Shown here in pieces: positions 36,931 to 49,742 of a stretch of 64,000 nt of DNA. The notes below the pieces were generated by a model that searched no databases, had not been told where the DNA came from, and saw nothing but the letters and a program-made list of their open reading frames with translations. Every line of letters begins with the position of its first letter. The stretch's first letter is position 1. The DNA lies in contig MU006090.1 in NCBI GenBank assembly GCA_010093705.1, positions 310,001-374,000 of the forward strand, in the 5' to 3' direction. Source of the DNA: Patellaria atrata CBS 101060. Its lineage: Eukaryota. Made by a program: the position numbers and the translations under genes.

Positions 36931-38939
36931 TCACGACTTACTCCTCTTCTTCTTCTTCTCGACCTTTTCCTCCCCATCCTCCCTCTTCCGCTTTTTCTCG
37001 CTCTTCTCCACAAGCTCCGTCTTCCTCTTCTTCTCGCTTTTCTCCTCCACGACGTCGGCCTTCCTCTTCTCCTTCTCGTCTGCGCCATCGCTCTTCTTAG
37101 CCTTCTTGTCCTTCTTCGCCACCACTTCCGGCTCAGGCTCAGGCACAGGTACAGGCTTAACCGCTTTCGCGGCCTTCGCGGCCTTCTTAGCCTCTTTCGC
37201 GGCCTTCTTCGCAGCCTTAGCCTCCCTCTTCGCCGCACGCTCCGCTTTCCTCGCCTTCTTCGCCTCCTTCTCTGCCTTCTTCGCCGCTTTGGGGTCAGAG
37301 ACACCGTTAACCTTATCATTAGCGACGGGCGCATCATCCATCTCCTCATCCTCATCTTCTGAAGAATCCTCCATATCCCCGTTGATTTCCTCAATGATCG
37401 GTTTCTTCGGTGCCGCAGCCGCAGGTTCGTTTCCAACCAAACCATCGGCGTCAGGGTTGTATTTGCGCGCTTCCTTGATCGACCATTTACCCTGCTGCTG
37501 GCCCTCTGGCGCGATAGCCACGCCCTTGGACTGGAATGGTTTGCCTTCTAAATGGCGCAGTCGTCGCTCAACCGCCACGCGTGATTCTACACCGTGAGCT
37601 GCAGCCTCCTCGTGGGCAAGGTCGCCGTGCTCTGTTGAATTTGCGAGTGCATCTGTGCTATCGATGCGGACTCCGAGCGCTGCCTTGGAAGCGAGCATAC
37701 GTGCGATTTTGCCCTTGTTTTTACCGGATGCCTGACCTACGAGGGAGGCGTGATAAATGAGACCGTATTTGGGGGTGTCGTGCTTGGTTTTCAACGCTCG
37801 GAAGAGCGCCTTTTCCGCACCGAGAATCTGAATTGTGCTTCCTGGGCTTTTGGCGAGTTGCATGAGACTACCTGCATGTGCTATAAGACGAGCACCGACA
37901 AGTTCTCCAACGAGTGCTGTGAGATTTGGCGCAATGGCTTGCATACGAGAGGTGAGATATGATGATATCTGTTGGCGATATTCGGTCCATTGAACGACTT
38001 GCTCAGCGAGGTGACCGATAATGGTCATATCTTCGGGAGTGACTTCTGTGCCCATGGAAATCTCAGCCGCTGCTTTCACGGCAGCTTCAATTTCCTCTGG
38101 AAGGATCTCCGACAGATCAGTTTCGGAAGCATTTTGGCGGATGCCCATTTTCAACACCACGCGGGCGTATGCTAAATTGTCGTTGATGATCTTTGCCATT
38201 TCCGGAAAGTGCCATCCGTACCATTCTCTGACGCGCATAGCGTATGTGTTAATCTCCTTATCCAGATCATCGAGGATAGCAATAGCTTGTATTATCATAG
38301 TATCGACCTTATCAGGTGAAAACCTCACCTTGTGTCGTGAAAGCGAATGTGAGAGACCAAGAGACATGGTGGAGACATCTTCTGGCGTGAGTCCTGGGAT
38401 GAGAGATGTGAGATGGGTACGGACGGCGCGGAATATTTCTTGTGTCGAGCTATCTGAAACTGCAGTGACTGTGAATTGTTTGAGCTTGTTGATAGCATTT
38501 CCTAATTTTGGGTCGGCGACGGCCAATGACGCTTTTTTTTCGTCTTTGATTGTGTCGAGGAGAGAGGCTAGCATGGGTGTTACCTATAGAATATGTTAAA
38601 AACCAGAGATAAGATATAGAATAATGAAGTTTCGAACCTTGCCATCTGTAAGGGCTGTTGTTTCATGGAGAGCTGTAGCAGCACTGTCGAACTTTCTGAA
38701 CTGCTTCAGATTCAACCTAACGGTGGTTAACGAGTAGTTCTGAGCAGAAGCTTGAACCTGCATGATGAGAGCAGGGAAATACTCCGTTAAGCACAAGGAA
38801 ACTGCAATACTTACAGACTACAGACTGATTCCACGCTTTGCGTCTCTGCAACGAGGTTGTCCCGTTGTAGAAGCTTCTTGTCCTTAGATTTCAAGAGCGC
38901 ATAGCCGGCGCTAGTTTCCGCGAGAATAAAGAGAGGCAT
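36931..38939 (-). CDS. NOP58: Box C/D snoRNP protein Nop58; exons 38939-38815, 38716-38638, 38583-36931
   Basis: [66 protein letters not shown], Lys-rich tail. Confidence 0.96.
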
Positions 38940-39269
38940 CTTTGGCAGTTGGTAATCGCTACTGCCGTCGGGGAAGTGTATTGAGGGAAGGAATTGAGGT
39001 GTTGTAGTTACTTCTCTTCGATGAAGTTTTGCAAGACGTCGACTGTGATTTTTTTCTCGGCCAATAATGCGGCTCATGCGCCGCCGCTAACTGGGAAGCG
39101 AGAATCTCTTCTGTGGGAATTCGGGAAAGCTTGAGCACGGACCAAGAGACAGTTATATCCACATTTGTGCGTTCTTATATTGTAGACAATAGTTTGAATA
39201 TTCAGGAACAATAGCAAGATTTCAAACATCTCATAGTGTGATATTGGTTTCGGAGCACACTATCACTCG

Positions 39270-40973
39270 ATGACCACTCCTGCGGGGACGGAGGCTCGAC
39301 GGCTCCCTTCCGCGAGGATAAGGCCAGGAATATCGCAGTCTTCAGCACATCCACCCTCACCGCATACGCCAATATTACAGCGATCTTTGTCATCTCTCAC
39401 CGGATCACCCTCTGGTAGTTTTCGATCAGAGGATGATCTCATCGTAGTGCTTGATATCGGCCATAGATTCATGCGCGCTGGATTCGCGGGGGAGAGCGCG
39501 CCAAGATGTACCTTGAACTTTGGACCAGAAGAGCAACGTAGAGTAGGGGACTACCGACAGTGGCAACTAGAGTATGTGAAGCACCGTCGAAAACGGAAAA
39601 GAGGACAGGGATGGGGTGAAGAGTATGAGCTTTGGCGCATGGATTTGCGAGACGTCGATTTGGGTCTGGTAGAAGACAAGATAGAGCGAGCGCTACGTGA
39701 AGCGTATTCTAAGTATTTTCTACTTCCTGATTCAAAAGCGAGGCGCATAACGTTGGCATTACCACCCTTGATACCCCGTCCTTTATTGTCTACGATACTC
39801 AATTCTATATTTACAAACACCCAAGCGCCGAGTATATCCCTTCTGTCAACACCCATTGTGGCGGCAGTAGCTGGAGGTCTGCGTTCCGCCTTGGTCGTTG
39901 ATATTGGATGGAGGGAAACTACGGCAACTGCTATTTTTGAGTACCGCGAAGTTCATCAAGAGAGAAGCGTACGCGCCACGAGATTACTCAATGAAGAGAT
40001 GAGCAAACTGCTGAACCTCGAGTGCGCCAAGTGGAAGATGCTGAATGAAGCGTCCCCAGATGACACAGACGAGGAAATCGGCTTTGAAGAGGCAGAAGAA
40101 GTTTTGACTAGACTTGGCTGGTGTCACAGTCGAGAACAAGCACAGAATTTAGACATTGCTAATAGTTCATCTGATTCTCTGATCAATATACCGCTTCCTA
40201 AATCTTCTCTGGAACTTCTGCTACCCTTTTCTCGACTGGCAGACCCTGCCGACATAGCTCTTTTCGCAAGGGATATGTCTTCAGTAGCTATCGACGACCA
40301 CGATCGGCCCCTTGATCTTCTAATTTACTCAACGTTACTCTCTCTCCCTATCGACGTGCGTAAGACATGTATGTCTCGTATCGTCATCACGGGTGGCGGC
40401 GCGAATCTCCCAGGGGTAAAACGACGCCTTCTTCAAGAGCTCGAGTATCTGATCCATTCTCGCGGTTGGGATCCCGTCAAGAACTACGGAACCGCAAAAG
40501 AGGATGCCCAACAGACCTCTAACAAGCCCATTTTGAGTGGACCTAGGACCCAATCGAGTCAGGATCTCGATGCTCTATCACCCCTGCGCAACTCTCTCTC
40601 TCCAACAGAAGAAACAGTACCAGCTCAAAAGGAGGAACCCCAGGCACCTACTAATCCGGCTCTCATTGAACCCGAAGCAGATGCCATCCTCGAGAAGATC
40701 ACCACCAAAAGCACCAAGGGTAATCCTCCGGAACTCAATGGGGTGGTTCGCGGTGTCGAGAGTCTAGGTGCGTGGGCAGGTGCTAGTATCGTCACGAACC
40801 TCCGCATTCGCGGCATCGTGGAGATCGAAAGGGACAAGTTCCTTTCTCATGGACTGGGAGGTGCAACGAGGGAAAAAGATATTAGTGTGGTGCCGCAGCG
40901 GCAGAGTCTCGGACCTGGAGTAAGGCCCGGAGCAGGGGATCGAAATAGTTGGACGTTGGGAGTGTGGGCATAG
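39270..40973 (+). CDS. ARP10: Actin-related protein of dynactin (Arp10/Arp11; Neurospora RO-7-like)
   Basis: VLDIGHRFMRAGFAGESAPR, ALVVDIGWRET, IVITGGGANLPG, AWAGAS, C-terminal SWTLGVWA. Confidence 0.8.
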   Translation: MTTPAGTEARRLPSARIRPGISQSSAHPPSPHTPILQRSLSSLTGSPSGSFRSEDDLIVVLDIGHRFMRAGFAGESAPRCTLNFGPEEQRRVGDYRQWQLEYVKHRRKRKRGQGWGEEYELWRMDLRDVDLGLVEDKIERALREAYSKYFLLPDSKARRITLALPPLIPRPLLSTILNSIFTNTQAPSISLLSTPIVAAVAGGLRSALVVDIGWRETTATAIFEYREVHQERSVRATRLLNEEMSKLLNLECAKWKMLNEASPDDTDEEIGFEEAEEVLTRLGWCHSREQAQNLDIANSSSDSLINIPLPKSSLELLLPFSRLADPADIALFARDMSSVAIDDHDRPLDLLIYSTLLSLPIDVRKTCMSRIVITGGGANLPGVKRRLLQELEYLIHSRGWDPVKNYGTAKEDAQQTSNKPILSGPRTQSSQDLDALSPLRNSLSPTEETVPAQKEEPQAPTNPALIEPEADAILEKITTKSTKGNPPELNGVVRGVESLGAWAGASIVTNLRIRGIVEIERDKFLSHGLGGATREKDISVVPQRQSLGPGVRPGAGDRNSWTLGVWA

Positions 40974-43743
40974 AAATCATGTGATGAGTGTGTTGAGAGA
41001 GATTACTAGCTGGAGACAACGTCGGACCAGTGAACATGGTGGGGGAGTGGGTTGGGTGGTGGAGTAGTACCTTAACGGTATGACGCCTGTAACGGGTGAA
41101 GAACATAGAGCATTCAGAACTGATATACTACCCTTTAAAGTTCGTATTTTTGGCCTACTGTACACTTGTTGCACAGCTGATGGGAGACTATTTGATTGGC
41201 AGTATCATCAACCTGTATTGGATGTACGGTCAAGTCCTAGGTACGAGTGTGGAGCTATCCGTACGTTTCCAACTTTCTATACAAGAAATCGGAACCGGTA
41301 TGAAAGTGGCCGTACAGCAAGCAAGGGATGCAAGGGCGAGAGAAGAGATGCAGGTAATTATATCTAAACTGATTTGGAGACTCACATGTGGGCCGGATTT
41401 CTGATCCTGCAATGAAATTCATGATATGGAATAGGATATGAAATCTTTGTGATAACATGGAAATGACACCTACCTTATGATACTTTAGATATTCACGTAA
41501 AGAATGCCTGCCGGGTAGGAGTGAACGTGAACCTTTTTGAAGCTGGTGAAATACCTCAATGGTGCAGATAGTGAGATAGTGGTCAAACCCGGTGATACTT
41601 GAACGGAGCCTGGATACTGTTGAGAACGTTACAATTGAGGCAAGGACGATAGCTGGTGATAACACTTTCCTCATAGGATCCCATACCATTAAGGTAGGTG
41701 TAAGCTGGTGAGGCAAGGCTTCCGAACCGAATTAAACCGATACCAAAAGGCCCGAATCCTTAAACCTAGCCGATATACATGAAGATAGACCAAGTGGTCT
41801 GATTTCTCCCCGAATTTTTCGTTTCCCGGGATGGGAGTTCAGGAGGTTGCGCTGAAAATTGCGATCTTCATACAAGATCCGCGAGCCACAGAAAAGACAT
41901 CATCGGTGCCACACTTAGCCTCGTAGCGAGTTCGGCCCGTGATTGCAGAAGGTATGACGGCGATCTTGGAATGGCGTAGCAAACTTGGAAAAAGGTAGAT
42001 ATCTCCTGCCGACCGCTGGACTTGAAGTTTTTCGAAACCTGAAGTTCCCTTCCCCCAAAAAATCTTATCTTGACGTCTGGCGAACCACCCCCTTGCCGGC
42101 CTCTGCCCTTTTCATACCTTACCGCTTTTCGGCGATTGAGCTGCATCTCTATCTCAATAGATGGGTTTAGAATCGTGTGAGAAATGTTTTTCCATCAAGC
42201 AAGAGTGGCGTGACAAGTGGCTTAGGAAGAGGAAGATCAGAAAGCGTTTTTCTCTCAGTCCGGTGGCCTCACGCTGTTAAAGGCGCAGCTCTTCTCCAGG
42301 ACGTAGATGATCGCCCGCTTACCGAGAATTACCCCTGGGAAAGATGCAAGCAACAGAACAATTTGACCAGTTGGCGCATTAACTTTTCCGGGTTCTCATC
42401 GCTGTCGCCCGCCTGTAATTACTTCGAACAATGATCATCTCAACTTCCTTGAAACGTCGTTGTCGATCCGTCTCTGGAACTGTCGTAGGAAGCGGAGAAC
42501 TGTACAGTGACACGTCAAGCCGATCTCTCTCCTTCTCGCAGAACAGATGATAGTCAAAGATTTCCTTCGCTTCATGACTCACCGATTCGGAATGTCGCTG
42601 GCCTCCCGTCTCGAGTCTCGAAGAGTTTGAGGATGGTGGCGATTCGAAGATCTTAAGCATTTATACGATTAACCGATGCCGGGAAGACCATCACGAGGGT
42701 GGTAGTTCTAAACGGATGTGCACACTCTGCCGGAATCCGCTCCAGCGGCGTAGAAGGTACTTGTACTCGTACGACTACCATCGCCTTGCCGAAGCCTTGC
42801 GCCTGGCCGGTTCAACTCTGAGCTCTAGGTTTATAGAGGCGTTTCGAGTGTGAACCGTTTTTGAAGCTTTGCAGAAATCGAGCATGCGCGTATGGGGAGG
42901 TACATCGTGCTGAGAATCCTCAGGCGGGAAAGCTCCAGGTAAATTCCCATACAATCTTGTCGTTTGCCCCAATCAGCTAAAAGAAGATGCTTGCATGTGT
43001 GGTTCATCGCCAGATATGCACGCCCGCTCTACACCATGTCAACCGTCTTCCTTGTACAGCTTTTCCTTGGTACTGTACAGTATACTGTACTTACCACTGT
43101 TAATAACCAGATCATGGTGTTACTCAGTACTGGTGGGGTGGGACTACCACACGGCCTTCCAAAATTGATATTTACCACTTGTTATTGTAGAATCACCTAA
43201 CCTTACGGATGCTAACGTAGGTTTTGAACCAGGGTTTTAAAGCAAAAACCAAGGACCATTTCATGCCACAACCAGAGCCAAGGAGAAGAAAGGCGAAATC
43301 TGATGGTTCAACGAATTCCGGATGTACTGTACTGTATTATTAGCAGTGACCCTGGACAAGCTTAAGGTTAAGCCCAGCCCAGATACCCGTTGCGCTAAAT
43401 GGCTTACCTCATAACAAAACGCGCGGTGCAGGGGGTCGTGCTAAACCGCTAATAGACCGCATCAGGCGATGTACAGGACGTTAAGTATGTGCTAAGGGAG
43501 TACGGAGAGATTTGTCTGGCGCAGGTTCTGGCATGGCTCTGGCAATTGGCATGGCCTTTTTATTACCGAAGCAAAACCCCATCACAACTACAGCGGTCTA
43601 GAACGGTCTATGGGACCCTTTCCCATCTCTTTCTACGCCCGATCCATCCCCAATCCGCCAACGCTTCCTCGCTCTTTTCAAAATCATCTAACTGATCTTT
43701 CACCTCCACTATCGCCCACCAGCACTTAGCATTACCTTACGAA

Positions 43744-43788
43744 GGTATCATCGGTATTGTCGGTATTGTCGGTATTGTCGGTACTGTC
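43744..43788 (+). repeat. 9-bp tandem repeat (GGTATTGTC) x5
   Basis: ggtatcatc ggtattgtc ggtattgtc ggtattgtc ggtactgtc. Confidence 0.9.
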
Positions 43789-44182
43789 TGTCCCTTTCTA
43801 GTGTGACTAAACCCGGTAGCCCCCATAAGGTTTCATTACCTTACCAACAACTCTTTCTGCCTACTCCCGTCTTCCTCCTGTTTCCAGAAACCTGCTCCTG
43901 TTCTCGGACTCTAACCACTCTCGCTTCTCGTGACTGTTCATCCTCAATTGCACGACTCGCAGCTCGGGGTCTCCTGTCCGGAGTTGCCAAAGGTCTTTCT
44001 CGTCAATCCCTTCTATCAGGATATACTGTATTCAAGCCTGTTCACCGCGTCTGAGGGGCCTCGATTGTTCAATCTCCCACCCGAACCTCGCATCCTCTGA
44101 CCAGCCACGCTCGCGGAAAATTCTGTGCACGTTGCATCCCTACCATTTCTGCCCAGTTCGAGTTAGGTAATCCGCTTTGCTT

Positions 44183-46135
44183 ATGGGGAAGTCGACGGGT
44201 TCAGTTGATATAACCGATGTCGACTCTTCTCTGGGCTCAGTTTCTTCTCCTTTTCAGCACCACCATCAGGTAGCAATTTCTTCGTCTTTATGTTTGTCCT
44301 CGTCGGGAGAGGAACGCTCTCGTTTCAGAGGCCCCGAAGATGTGGTCGCTTGTGCCCATGCGCCAGAGATTGGTGACTTTTTGGAGTCAACCGTTTCCTC
44401 AGCCCTTCCACTTCCTGTCCCTACAGGAGCAGATCTGACCCCACAAACACCGACCCCATCAGAAAAGGAGCACTCTGCATTGAATTTTTCTGGCGTAGTT
44501 AGCAGTGTCTTTGCTCAAGGCGTTGCTCTGGAGACCCCTCCTTTATCAAAAGCGGGCCATAACCTCCGTCTCCCTTCATTTGACCTACTCGGAATAGGTG
44601 CACCGCATCCTGATCGAAAAGTTTTGACTCCAAATCAGCTTTTTTCCGGCCTAGGTGCCGGTCCTCTTTCAAAACCAGATGATCCTCTACATTCACTCAG
44701 TCCTTCGCTAGCGCGCGCACAGCCCGATTTTTCGTTTGGTGGTTTAGGTGAAGGCCATTCACAAAGTCAAGGGCAAAATAAACGCGCTCAAAACTCGCTC
44801 TCACATCTGGTACCCACCTTCACTCCACCTGAAGACAACAACATAACAACTTGGTCCGCATTCGCGAAAGTGACCACTGCGGCGATGGATTCACCAGCCA
44901 GATCCGATCCGAGCAATCCCCCAACTAGTCCTGACGATACTACAGTCAATCCAACAACAACAACAACAACGACGACGACGATGACGACGACAACGCGTTA
45001 TCTCACTCACCGCGACAGTCAGGTGAAAATGAAAGTCGAGCCCGTTCCCGCCTGGCTCCAAGCTGCCACAGCAACATTTGGTAAGACGTCGGTTGATAAT
45101 GTCAGTAGCATGCGCTAATCAAGTCTCCGACCATCAGTGGACGGGCTAGAATCCGATAACGATAACGATAACAGTAGTTCGGTTAGAGTCTTGTCCCATG
45201 CACTGCCCTGCCCGTCTCCAGATGGCCACGTTTTTCCAGTGGTTATCAGTTTGATTCACGACAAAATCCCCCCACGATCCACAACATGGATCAATGTATT
45301 TCATGCGGTCCCGGGAAAGTTCAATCTCAGCGACCTGCCGACTTCCCCACCAAGTACACCAGGTCCCGCTGTCGGAGGCGACAGTTATTTTGCCACGAAA
45401 GTGTTTGATAGCGCTGTACCAGTCAGCGATTATCAGTCCGATTCAACGGCAGAAAAGCAAGGCGCCAAACCGGTCGTCCCCCCGTCCAGTGTCGACGTGT
45501 CTGTGGTGGAGCGCTACATCCCGCCGACTAACAGACACGAATTCTCCGAACTCTTCAACCCCAACGGACCGTCTCTTCTCATAGACCGCCTCGTGGAGCT
45601 ATCCCCTTCAAAGGGTCACTTGTTATTCATCTATATAACTCGTGCAGGTGGAAACACTTTCCTGAAGGAATACATTGGCCCGGTGCTTGACCCTATTTTG
45701 CGTACCATGGTTGTTGTCAGCGGATTCTCTTCGGAACTCAGTTCCTCCTTGGGTAAAATGACATCTGTGGAGCACCTAATGGAGTTTGACGTACTCGAAA
45801 CTAGGATTTCCGATTTTTGTAAAATGTTGAGCACGACGAGCAACTCCTTGGAAAGGTTTGAGAAGAAGAAAGCGACGTTTCAGCTTGTGCATTCAGCGAA
45901 AGAGTATGTCCGACCTAAACGTGAGGTCTGGGCAAGAGACTGGTGGAGGAAACAAGAGAAACCTCGTATCAGAAAGGCAGTCGAGACATATTTCAAGAGC
46001 AACCCTCTAATGGCGACTGAGATACCGACAGCTTACCTCATACAGGAGATTCTCCAAGGCGTTGAGACGAAGTTATGTCCAGATCCTGAGAACGGAATAG
46101 AGGTTGGCGTCTTTGTTATCCGGAAGACGGGCTGA
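44183..46135 (+). CDS. Hypothetical protein (~630 aa), disordered N-half and globular C-half; intron 45081-45137; start uncertain
   Basis: Two long ORFs joined in frame by a GTAAGA...CTAAT...CAG intron; contains an LRLPSF motif and a Thr microsatellite run. Confidence 0.75.
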
Positions 46136-47293
46136 GGTGGTTAGGTATGCCAGTAACCAGCTGGCACATTTCACGTGCGAGACGTTACCACGAGAAAGAT
46201 GAAGAGCGAACGAGGTGTTATGAATTCATGGGCCCAATGTGTTTCTTGTTTTTGGGAATATGGCATGATCGGCTGTTGCGAGAGATAGATGTCCAGCATG
46301 CCCAAATCCCCGGCCAATTTCGTTTAATGCTTACACTCAGTTCGTAATACCCCCTTTTTTGTTGGCACCCTGAAGCATTTGCGGCAGTCGGCAGGGTATC
46401 AGAGGGAAAGAATTCATTGGGGGAAACGAGTGCAACAGCTGGACTTAAATCATAAGGTAGAATTGTCAGGTAGAAAGACCATGCAGCGCAATTGCGTACA
46501 ACAAAGGTCAACTGCAAACATGACTTCAAGTTCTCCTTTTGTGTTTTGTGCCTAAACTGACATGGACTTGCTTTCACAACTAACCTCTAGCTTCTTATTT
46601 TTGAAATCTGACATTCCTTGTCGAAGAGTGGTTTTGGAAGCTCCGTGATATTCCTGGAGGAGGTCTCGAATTACTAACGTAGTTTCTTGTAGATACATGG
46701 AGCTGATTGGTCTCAAGCCGACCGTGACGCCACCGGCTTGCATACGAGCTGCGAACTAGTTCTAGTGATAGAAGCACGCAATAATTACTATTACTATTAT
46801 TCTTATTGAACGGTTATGCTTGAACGTTGGAGGTAAGAGATCTCTCTAATTCATTGGCTCCATCCTAGTTCTATCAAAGCCGAGGTTTTCTAGAACTAAG
46901 GTAGGTATGACATAAGCGGAGAACATATACCTTAGCTTCAAGACGTCACTTCCTTTGAAGATGGCGATTAGTCCACTTGACGAATTTTAACCGCATAGAC
47001 ATAGGGCGTGCATTTCATTTGTAAGGAATTAATTACAAAGCAGCTTGAGGACATATACTTTATATTGTCGCTGCTATGCTCTCAATATCATTTCCATCTT
47101 CATCTTGAACTACACCTTCAGTGCACCTAACGTTCCATATCTATTGCCTTCCAGACCTTTTTCGACCGCTCGAGTCATCTCTGCTGTAACTACTTTCAGG
47201 TAGCATCACTACCTTACCATATTCTTCCATAAGCCATCGTTACTTCCCCTCGAAATCTCGTCTTTCCTAATTCATACCACCCAACTTCCCACA

Positions 47294-48211
47294 ATGGCAA
47301 CCGCAACCCTCCACCCTACCCCAGCTCACCAACCCGCCCAAACCCTCTCCACAACCTCCACATGCGCCTCCACCTCCTCAAAAGCCACATCCCACATCCC
47401 CCACGGCCCCGTCACCGCAACCCTAACATTCTACTCCCCCCCACCCGACGGCTCCTCCCCCTACAACTACGTCGAAACCCCACCCCCCGGCCTCCCCCAA
47501 CGAAACTACACAAGCGACGACCAGCAAGTCCTCATAAACGACATCCGTGCCCACGAAGACGCCTTCACCCTCGACGCGCACTCCTTCGCCGCCCTCAAAA
47601 ACACCCCCTCAACCCTGCACGACGAAGACTTTGACGACGAAGACAAGATAAAACAGATATACTTCCCCGAGATCGAGCGCCTGTTGCTGGCACGCTTGCC
47701 CGGCGCAAAACGGGTTCTGTTGTTCGATCATACTATCAGACGCGCGACGGGGGGCGCGAAGAGGGCGCCGGTCACGAGAGTCCATATCGATCAGACGCCC
47801 GCCTCTGCGCGGGAGAGGGTAAGACTACACTGTCCCGAGGAAGCGGAACAGCTGTTGGAAGATCGAGTCCGCATCGTCAACGTGTGGCGCCCCATCAACG
47901 GGCCCGTGGAGTCGTTTCCCCTTGCCTTTGCGGATGGGTCCAGTGTGAGGGATGAGGAGCTGGTTGGTATCGAACATAGGTATCCGAACCGCACGGGGGA
48001 GACGGCGGGTGTGAGATTTAGCAACGAGCAGAGGTGGTGGTATTGGAGTGCGATGGAAGATGACGAGGTCGTGTTGTTGAAGTGTTTCGATGGGGATGAG
48101 GACGTGGGGCCTGTAGGGAGGGTGCCACATTCTGCGTTTGTGGATCCGAGGACGGGGGAGGGGGCGAGGGGGAGGGAGAGTATTGAGGTTAGGGCTTTGG
48201 TGTTTGGGTAA
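47294..48211 (+). CDS. AsaB/CmcJ/NvfI-family oxidoreductase (Fe(II)/2OG-dioxygenase-like)
   Basis: FDHTIRR, VHIDQT, NVWRPI, PLAFAD, LKCFD, PHSAF, RESIEVRALVF. Confidence 0.85.
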   Translation: MATATLHPTPAHQPAQTLSTTSTCASTSSKATSHIPHGPVTATLTFYSPPPDGSSPYNYVETPPPGLPQRNYTSDDQQVLINDIRAHEDAFTLDAHSFAALKNTPSTLHDEDFDDEDKIKQIYFPEIERLLLARLPGAKRVLLFDHTIRRATGGAKRAPVTRVHIDQTPASARERVRLHCPEEAEQLLEDRVRIVNVWRPINGPVESFPLAFADGSSVRDEELVGIEHRYPNRTGETAGVRFSNEQRWWYWSAMEDDEVVLLKCFDGDEDVGPVGRVPHSAFVDPRTGEGARGRESIEVRALVFG

Positions 48212-48706
48212 GAGGGTTTGGGTGGATGAAAGGGGTTGGAGATGGAGTTGGGGTGGTTTTGACGGACTTGCACTCTTTTTAGCCGTTATGCTTTGGGAAG
48301 TCGATGAGGGGTTTTCGAGTCTCTTGGTGCGGGAGGTTCTTCTGCGGTACGCTCTGAATTCTGGTGGCCGAAAATGGTTCCATATCCTTCGGGTACAGGA
48401 AAAGAGGGTGCACTACGCAATTAGGAGCTTGAAAATTACGGCAGAGGTATACTATCAGACTTCGGGGTAAAGACATGGCGTAAAGGAAAAATTGATGATG
48501 TAGATATAGCATTGGCTGAGGACCATGGTATACGGAGTTCTTGGCGCACAAGAACGGAGTTTAGAATGTCTAATATATGAAACGGCCAGTTCGCCTTACG
48601 ATAGCGTCGAATATTGTACATCCACACATTCCAAAATCCCTATTCCTTCTTCTCTTCTAAGCGTATCTATACACACCACTTAATACCTCTACCCTCCACA
48701 TTCTCT

Positions 48707-49742
48707 CTACAACGTGATCTCCCCCTTCCACATCCCATCCGTAAGTCCTAACGTCTCCACCAGATGTTGCCACCGCGGTCCTCCCCTCTCCTTCCTCCTT
48801 AAATACTGTAACAGCTTCTGCCGCCTATGTACTAACAACCTCAAATTCCGCTTATTATGCTTATCCATCTTCCCGCGCGTCTGCAGGAACTGATCCAGGA
48901 CCCGTATCCTCGCCGTCAGAATCGCAATCTGCACCTCTGACGACCCGGTATCGGGACCCGCGCGCTGCCTTATCTCCCCCCCGTTGCTGGGGACGTGGGG
49001 CTCCCCGGATTTCTTGGGCGGGAGCTGGACTGAGGGTTTGGGGGGAAGTGTTTTGTCGGTCTCGTGACGGCCGAAGACGGAGATGCAGCGCTGGATGTTG
49101 GCGTGCGTGCGGTCTTTCTGGCTGCCGTTGGCGAGGGAGACGATGCGCTGGATCGCTGCTGTGGCTGTTGCGTGCCCGGTGGAGTGTTGCGCTTGCAGCT
49201 CGGCATATGTGGAGCCGTAGGGGGTTTGAGGGGAGTCGGGGAGGGGGCTCGCGAGCTTGGCGGAGTGCGCGAGGGAGGAGGTCACGGTCGAGGGCTTGAG
49301 CAAGTAGTTGAGGTGGGATTCTTGCGGGGCGGTGGGGGCCGGTGGGGAGATGTCGGAGGAGGCGGAGACAGTGGTGGAGGAGGTCTTGGGGGGAGGTGGG
49401 AGGCCGGCATCGAAGGATTCGAGGAAGGGAGTTGTGAGGCCCCGGATCGGATCGCCTAGGGCGGCGGTCCGCTCGGCTTCGAGGACGGTGCGCCGGGATA
49501 TGTTGGCCGCTTTGCGGGCGCGGGCTTGGGCGAGAGCATAGGGGTCTTGCTTTCTTCGTCGCTGGGTTGCTGTGGAGGTCTTTTGATGGGGGGAAGTGGT
49601 TGTGAAGGTGCGGGAGAAGGAGGTCGTGGTTAGGGGTGGTGAGGAGACTGGGGGAAGGTTAGTATCGGTTATGCATCTCGATTGGGGAAGTAGTACTGTT
49701 TGCGGTCCTAAGACAGGAGAATAGAGGTATTCGAGGTGGCAT
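48707..49742 (-). CDS. MRPS28: Mitochondrial ribosomal protein uS15m (yeast Mrps28-like); intron 49648-49696
   Basis: DTGSSEVQIAILT...DKHNKRNLRLLVHRRQKLLQYLRRK; presequence-like MPPRIPLFSCLRT; intron has a CTAAC branch site. Confidence 0.9.

Noticed and set aside
36890..37597. Phe/Ala-rich 235-aa ORF and Arg-rich 173-aa ORF
   Set aside because: Antisense and alternate frames of the Lys/Ala/Glu-rich Nop58 tail.
38717..38814. Possible intronic box C/D snoRNA in NOP58 intron 1
   Set aside because: ATGATGA is on the antisense strand relative to NOP58, with no correctly ordered C/D pair on the sense strand.
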